A program made the position numbers and the translations under genes. DNA of 62,987 nt, filler included, from Dimargaris cristalligena (taxonomy: Eukaryota): the NCBI GenBank assembly GCA_003614675.1. It is 2 parts of 2 records of this genome, joined end to end, with 100 filler letters (N's around TTAATTAATTAA, not from the genome) between each part and the next. Parts side by side here need not be neighbours in the genome. Positions count along the whole stretch, not along the records: positions 31,560 to 62,987 come from ML002439.1; 1 more part is not named here. One strand, given 5' to 3'. Shown piece after piece: positions 58,776 through 62,987 of this stretch; the stretch's first letter is position 1; the number at the start of each line of letters is the position of its first letter. Under the pieces are notes generated by a model, which saw only the letters and a program-made list of their open reading frames with translations, had not been told where the DNA came from and ran no database searches.

Positions 58776-59832
58776 TTTCCCACCCCATTTAATGGTGTGG
58801 GAAACCAGGGAGGTAAGGGTTGGCTGGTCGATGTATGCGAATAATACTATAATATAACAGAGCAGGTGGCGTCATGCAAGGTGGAAGGAGAAGGGGAACG
58901 AAAGGAAGGAAGGCCCGGTAGACAGATCCTCCCAAATTGCCGACGGCGGCTGGGCGTGAGGAAATAATACCCACCATCGGCTAAGCAGGTTTGGTTGCCG
59001 CGCCCATCCGACGATGCACCACAGTCGGGGTTGCCTTCCCCCAAGCCTTGTCTCCTCCGGGTTCTTTCCAGCTGTTCCCAAAGCGAAAGTGATACGCATA
59101 TATATATATATATAGAGCATAGGAGGAAGAAGGCTGATGATGGTGTTTCAGGTTTGGAAGGAGTAATTTATCTTTGTATATCACATGATTACCGTGGGCT
59201 GTGTTGGGGTGGGGTGGGGTGTATGCGTGTGTGGGAGGGAGAGTGTATAAAGACATATATATTATATATCTCTCTCTATATTATTGACACAGTAGGAACT
59301 AAAGCTGGAAACGTGAAACACAGTCTCTCTCTCTCTCTCTTTCTCTTCATTAGCCGCGCGGGTCCTTTCTAATCCTGGTGGTGGTGCAATGTGAATGGGT
59401 TGGATAAAGAAGTTGCTATTCCACCACAGTCGCGGTGGGAGCTCGCCATCTTTTCTACATTGACCTAGTACAGTATAAAGGACATTCCCAAACCGATGAG
59501 GGCGACGGACGCGGTGTCTGGTTTGAAAGGGTGTGTGGGGGTTAAAGAAGGATGTGGGCGTAGGCAAGTTCGTAGTCAGGCGTCGGAAAGAGAGTGAGGG
59601 AAATCCCTGCCTGCCTGAGCATAATGGAAGGCTGGTATTATTATATAACCAGAGTTGGCGGGGAGAGGAGGGTGTGTGCGCCCACGGGCGTGTTACGCAG
59701 GCCAAGCGGTCCTCTTTGGCGGTGCCCAACGGAGGAAAGAAAGGGGAGAGGGATGAGGTGGGAACCCACCACACACACATGATCGCCTTCGCATTAAGCG
59801 GCCGCCGGAATGGTTCCCACGAAAGTTCCCAC
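58776..59832. promoter_or_regulatory. Cluster of five CSL consensus sites (GTGGGAA/TTCCCAC) upstream of the CSL gene
   Basis: TTCCCAC 58777-58783, GTGGGAA 58797-58803, GTGGGAA 59758-59764, TTCCCACG 59814-59821 and TTCCCAC 59826-59832. Confidence 0.55.
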
Positions 59833-60882
59833 CGTATTTTCACTCCCCCCCTTGGCCGGGACTACAAATACTGCCTCTGGCCCAGGCCCTCCACGATTTG
59901 GTTCGCTCTATGACTATTTTCCCTGCGTCGACCTCCTTTCTCTCTCTCTCTTTCTCTCCCTCTCTATTCCATCGCCGTTCCTTTAAATTTCGGCCCGTTG
60001 CTTCGATAGATATCCACAGCTGTACGGTGTGCGTCTTTTGATGACCCATTATCGACTTGTCTTAGCCTGTCACTTGTGCCTAACTGTCGGTCCCGGTATG
60101 GGTTCATAAGCCTGTCATTTTTTTGGGTTCCATTTTCTTAAGGTGTGTGTGGGTGTAGCGTGTCTTATATATACATATATGAAACTACCTCATCTCCTGT
60201 TACCACGTCCTAGTCCTCCTCTATTAGCGGTGCTGTCTTCTTTTGCCTCGCCGTCTAATCCCCCCTCCAGCACTCCGCTTCCTAACTCACCCGCCTTCTT
60301 TGCCCCTTCCCTTTGTTCACCCACCTCCACCTGATTCCATCGGATTCCTTCCTTGTTGTGGCTGGTTCTAGTAGGCTTTAATATTATCCGCCGGCTCCTC
60401 TATTCCGTGCCTGCTGGAACCCCCCAACTCCGACCGGCGCTCTTCCCTGGCTACTTCCAGTGACGTTCGGCTTTTTTTTTGAAAAACTTCCTATTTGGGC
60501 ACTAGTTTCGGATTCAGTCGGTGTCTACTGTGGTCCACCTTTTGGTTCTTTTTCCGACCCCGTCTCTTCTCCCACCCTAACCCTCCTTCTTTTTTTCTTC
60601 TCCACTCACTCACTTATACCCTCTCCGCCCTTACCGGGTTTGTCGTATTCGTGTTTTGGATTAACTAATGGTCCTCCCCACTAATTATCTCGTTACATAA
60701 TAGTTGGCAATAATTTCATATCCCAGTCGTTTCTGCCACTTTTTTTTGTTGTCCCGCTGCAACACTCTATTCCTTGCTTATTACCATTACCATTACTATT
60801 ATTATTAAGAGGAATACGATTGCTATTATTATCGCCCTTAGTATCGGTATTATTATTATTGTTGTTATTATCATTATTGGAC

Positions 60883-62987
60883 ATGAGCCAGCAATTCCCT
60901 CACGTCGATCCCTGGGCCCGGAGCTCGTCCCCTACCAGTTTTAAGGGGACCGATAGCCCCTGCGAGCCCTTGGTGATGGAGTCCAACAATGTACTCGACA
61001 ACCACTTCATGTTCACCCGTCGGGTGCGGTATATTCGGTCTGGAGTCGATACCCTCCTTTCGGCCGCCGAGTGCCTGCCTTCTCTATCGGAGGACATCAT
61101 CCGCAACACCACCCGCGATATTTGCCGTTTACCATCCCCCGGAAACTCCCATTCCCCTCTACCTATCCTCCATTCTCTTCATTCCCACCTGCCTCCACTA
61201 CCACCAATCCATGTACCCGTCTCATCGCGGATACCCATCTCATCCTTGTTGGTTGATTCGGAGCCCGAATCCACCCGCTCCTCCGCCTCGCCCCCTCCTA
61301 AGCTGAAACGCCCCATCTTTTTCGACGAGGAAGAATACGGCCAAGAAGTTCCCCGTCCGCCCCCTAAGCTTCCCCGGAGCACCTCCGCCTACTCGGTTCG
61401 TTCCGTCTTTTCGTCCACCAGCTGCCATTCCTCTACCCTTCACTACTCCCCAGTAGCGGTTGCCCCCTACCCCCCGGGCCTCACCGCGACTCTCACTCCC
61501 ACCCCCCGGGTTTCCGGGGTCGCGGCCAAGGTCGACCCGGAAACCGACCCATACCACCCTGCTATCTCCGCCCATTGTCACCGGGCCGTGGTTCGTCCCG
61601 GGGAGCAGCGTCCTGTATCCCCCGCCATGATCACCATATCCTGTCTGCACGCCCTGGTGGCCCAAAAGTCCTATGGTAGCGAGAAGCGCTTCCTGTGCCC
61701 GCCTCCGATGATCACCGTCCGTAGCACCGACCCTGCCTGGTCTCTGGCCGGCGCCCCCCTTCCCTTCTCCTCCGAACTAGCCATGTCCGTCGTCAATGAT
61801 CAGGGGGCCGACACCCAGGTACGCAGTGCCGTCACCCTCGATCCGTCCGGGTCCGGTATTTGTCGTCAGCTGCACGTCTCTAACATGGCCAAATCCAAGT
61901 TCTTCCGCCTGCGTCTGGACCTGCCCAAACGCACCGAGTCCGTGCTCCCCACCGAGACCGCCCCACCCGGGTTGACTCCTGCCTTCCCCTTTGCAACTTT
62001 TGAGTCCTCCTCCATCGCCATCATTTCCAAGCCCTCCAAAAAAACCGCCAAGGCCCGGAACATATCCTCCTGTATTCTGTCGGGCTCCTCCATCGCCCTC
62101 TTCAACCGCATCAATTCCCAGACCGTACGTACTAAATTCCTGGTGGTCCACGAGGGTGTCCTGTGCGCCCGCAACTGTGCCTGGACGGCTTTTACCATTA
62201 CTCTGGCCCACCCTTCCCCAGCTACCGCCTCGTCCACCGCCGTGGCCATCACCTACGGGTCGGAGGTGATTCTATCCGACCCCACCACAGGGGTACAGAC
62301 CGAGCCCATGGTGATCCGCAAGGTGGAGAAGGGTCGACTGGCGGCCGGAGCCCTGGGCCCGGTTAGTCAGATGCAAAAGATCGCTTTCCAGAAGATCTCC
62401 CACCAAGCCAAGGTCACTGATCCTCGATACTACCTCAGCTCAGTCACCAGTGCCGAAATGGATACCACCAGCCATCCTTTGCCTTCACCCGCTGCTGCCC
62501 CCGCCCATGGCGCCGAGCCCTCCTTCGGGGTAGCCACCACCTCTCCCACCCAGTCGTACAGTCCCGTCGCCCCCCAAGTCCCTCTGGAATTCCTGCCGTC
62601 TAATACTGCGGGCGGTCATCCAGCCGCCTCCACCAATCCCTTCTCCGTCGGCGGCCCACCACCACCGTCGACCCCGTCGGTACCCACCCTGTCGACCGAG
62701 GAGATTGATGATAAGCTATGCTGGACCGTGGTGGGTATCACCCGGTTTGATTATTCCTTCATGGAGACGGAAGGGCCGGCCTGGTTCCCCATTACCCCCT
62801 TCCCCAACCTGGCCGGACTGCCCACTTACCGATCGGCCAGTCACACCCTGGAGCTTCGTATTGCGACTCCACCCCTTAACCCCGATCTGCTCCACACCAA
62901 ACCCGGCCATCCCCCGGCCCTTCGCCTCCGCCTCGGGGAGTTTGGGCTAACGGAGACCCGACTTACGGTAGTCTCCCCCTTCGCGGG
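60883..62987 (+). CDS. cbf11: CSL (CBF1/Su(H)/LAG-1) transcription factor, fungal class F1/Cbf11-like; 3' end beyond window (absent from the ORF track because no stop is reached)
   Basis: Open frame from ATG 60883 to the window end: LHALVAQKSYGSEKRFLCPPP, IISKPSKK, ALFNRINSQTVRTKFL (RINSQTVRTK is the F1-type variant), GPVSQMQKIAF, CWTVVGI..FDYSF and PITPFP. Confidence 0.92.
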   Translation, partial: MSQQFPHVDPWARSSSPTSFKGTDSPCEPLVMESNNVLDNHFMFTRRVRYIRSGVDTLLSAAECLPSLSEDIIRNTTRDICRLPSPGNSHSPLPILHSLHSHLPPLPPIHVPVSSRIPISSLLVDSEPESTRSSASPPPKLKRPIFFDEEEYGQEVPRPPPKLPRSTSAYSVRSVFSSTSCHSSTLHYSPVAVAPYPPGLTATLTPTPRVSGVAAKVDPETDPYHPAISAHCHRAVVRPGEQRPVSPAMITISCLHALVAQKSYGSEKRFLCPPPMITVRSTDPAWSLAGAPLPFSSELAMSVVNDQGADTQVRSAVTLDPSGSGICRQLHVSNMAKSKFFRLRLDLPKRTESVLPTETAPPGLTPAFPFATFESSSIAIISKPSKKTAKARNISSCILSGSSIALFNRINSQTVRTKFLVVHEGVLCARNCAWTAFTITLAHPSPATASSTAVAITYGSEVILSDPTTGVQTEPMVIRKVEKGRLAAGALGPVSQMQKIAFQKISHQAKVTDPRYYLSSVTSAEMDTTSHPLPSPAAAPAHGAEPSFGVATTSPTQSYSPVAPQVPLEFLPSNTAGGHPAASTNPFSVGGPPPPSTPSVPTLSTEEIDDKLCWTVVGITRFDYSFMETEGPAWFPITPFPNLAGLPTYRSASHTLELRIATPPLNPDLLHTKPGHPPALRLRLGEFGLTETRLTVVSPFA

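Noticed and set aside
60179-60334. 51-codon ORF upstream of the CSL gene (possible uORF)
   Set aside because: Low-complexity pyrimidine-rich sequence directly after a TA-rich TATA-like tract; TSS unknown, so it cannot be supported.

Overview
Eukaryotic, fungal-type genomic DNA. A class-F1 CSL factor, a TBRG1-like gene and a class I aldolase together point to a lineage outside Saccharomycotina/Pezizomycotina, plausibly an early-diverging fungus (inference). The window is two contigs joined by an artificial 100-nt N/TTAATTAATTAA spacer at 31460-31559. Left contig: a gene-poor first 12 kb with one small triple-repeat protein gene and a solitary 5S rRNA gene, then intronless PUS7, tRNA-Val(AAC), mitochondrial uS13 (SWS2), and four minus-strand lipid/membrane genes (ERG20, LCB1, CPT1/EPT1, YOR1-like ABCC). 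Right contig: an LTR-like end abutting tRNA-Arg(TCG), a mitochondrial PPR protein, a TBRG1-like FYR protein, a DH-BAR-SH3 RhoGEF-like gene converging on an F-BAR/SH3 Cdc15/Hof1 gene (which carries a +1 frameshift), a class I fructose-bisphosphate aldolase, and a Cbf11-like CSL gene running off the end. A ~145-bp MITE-like element occurs four times. Top leads: (i) the 135-aa protein has three GoLoco-like repeats, a motif not known from fungi; (ii) five CSL-binding heptamers cluster upstream of the CSL gene, suggesting autoregulation; (iii) all seven confidently placed introns have unusually distant branch points with AG-free 3' zones; (iv) the Cdc15 frameshift; (v) the animal/plant-type aldolase. 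All calls come from reading the sequence; no searches were run.
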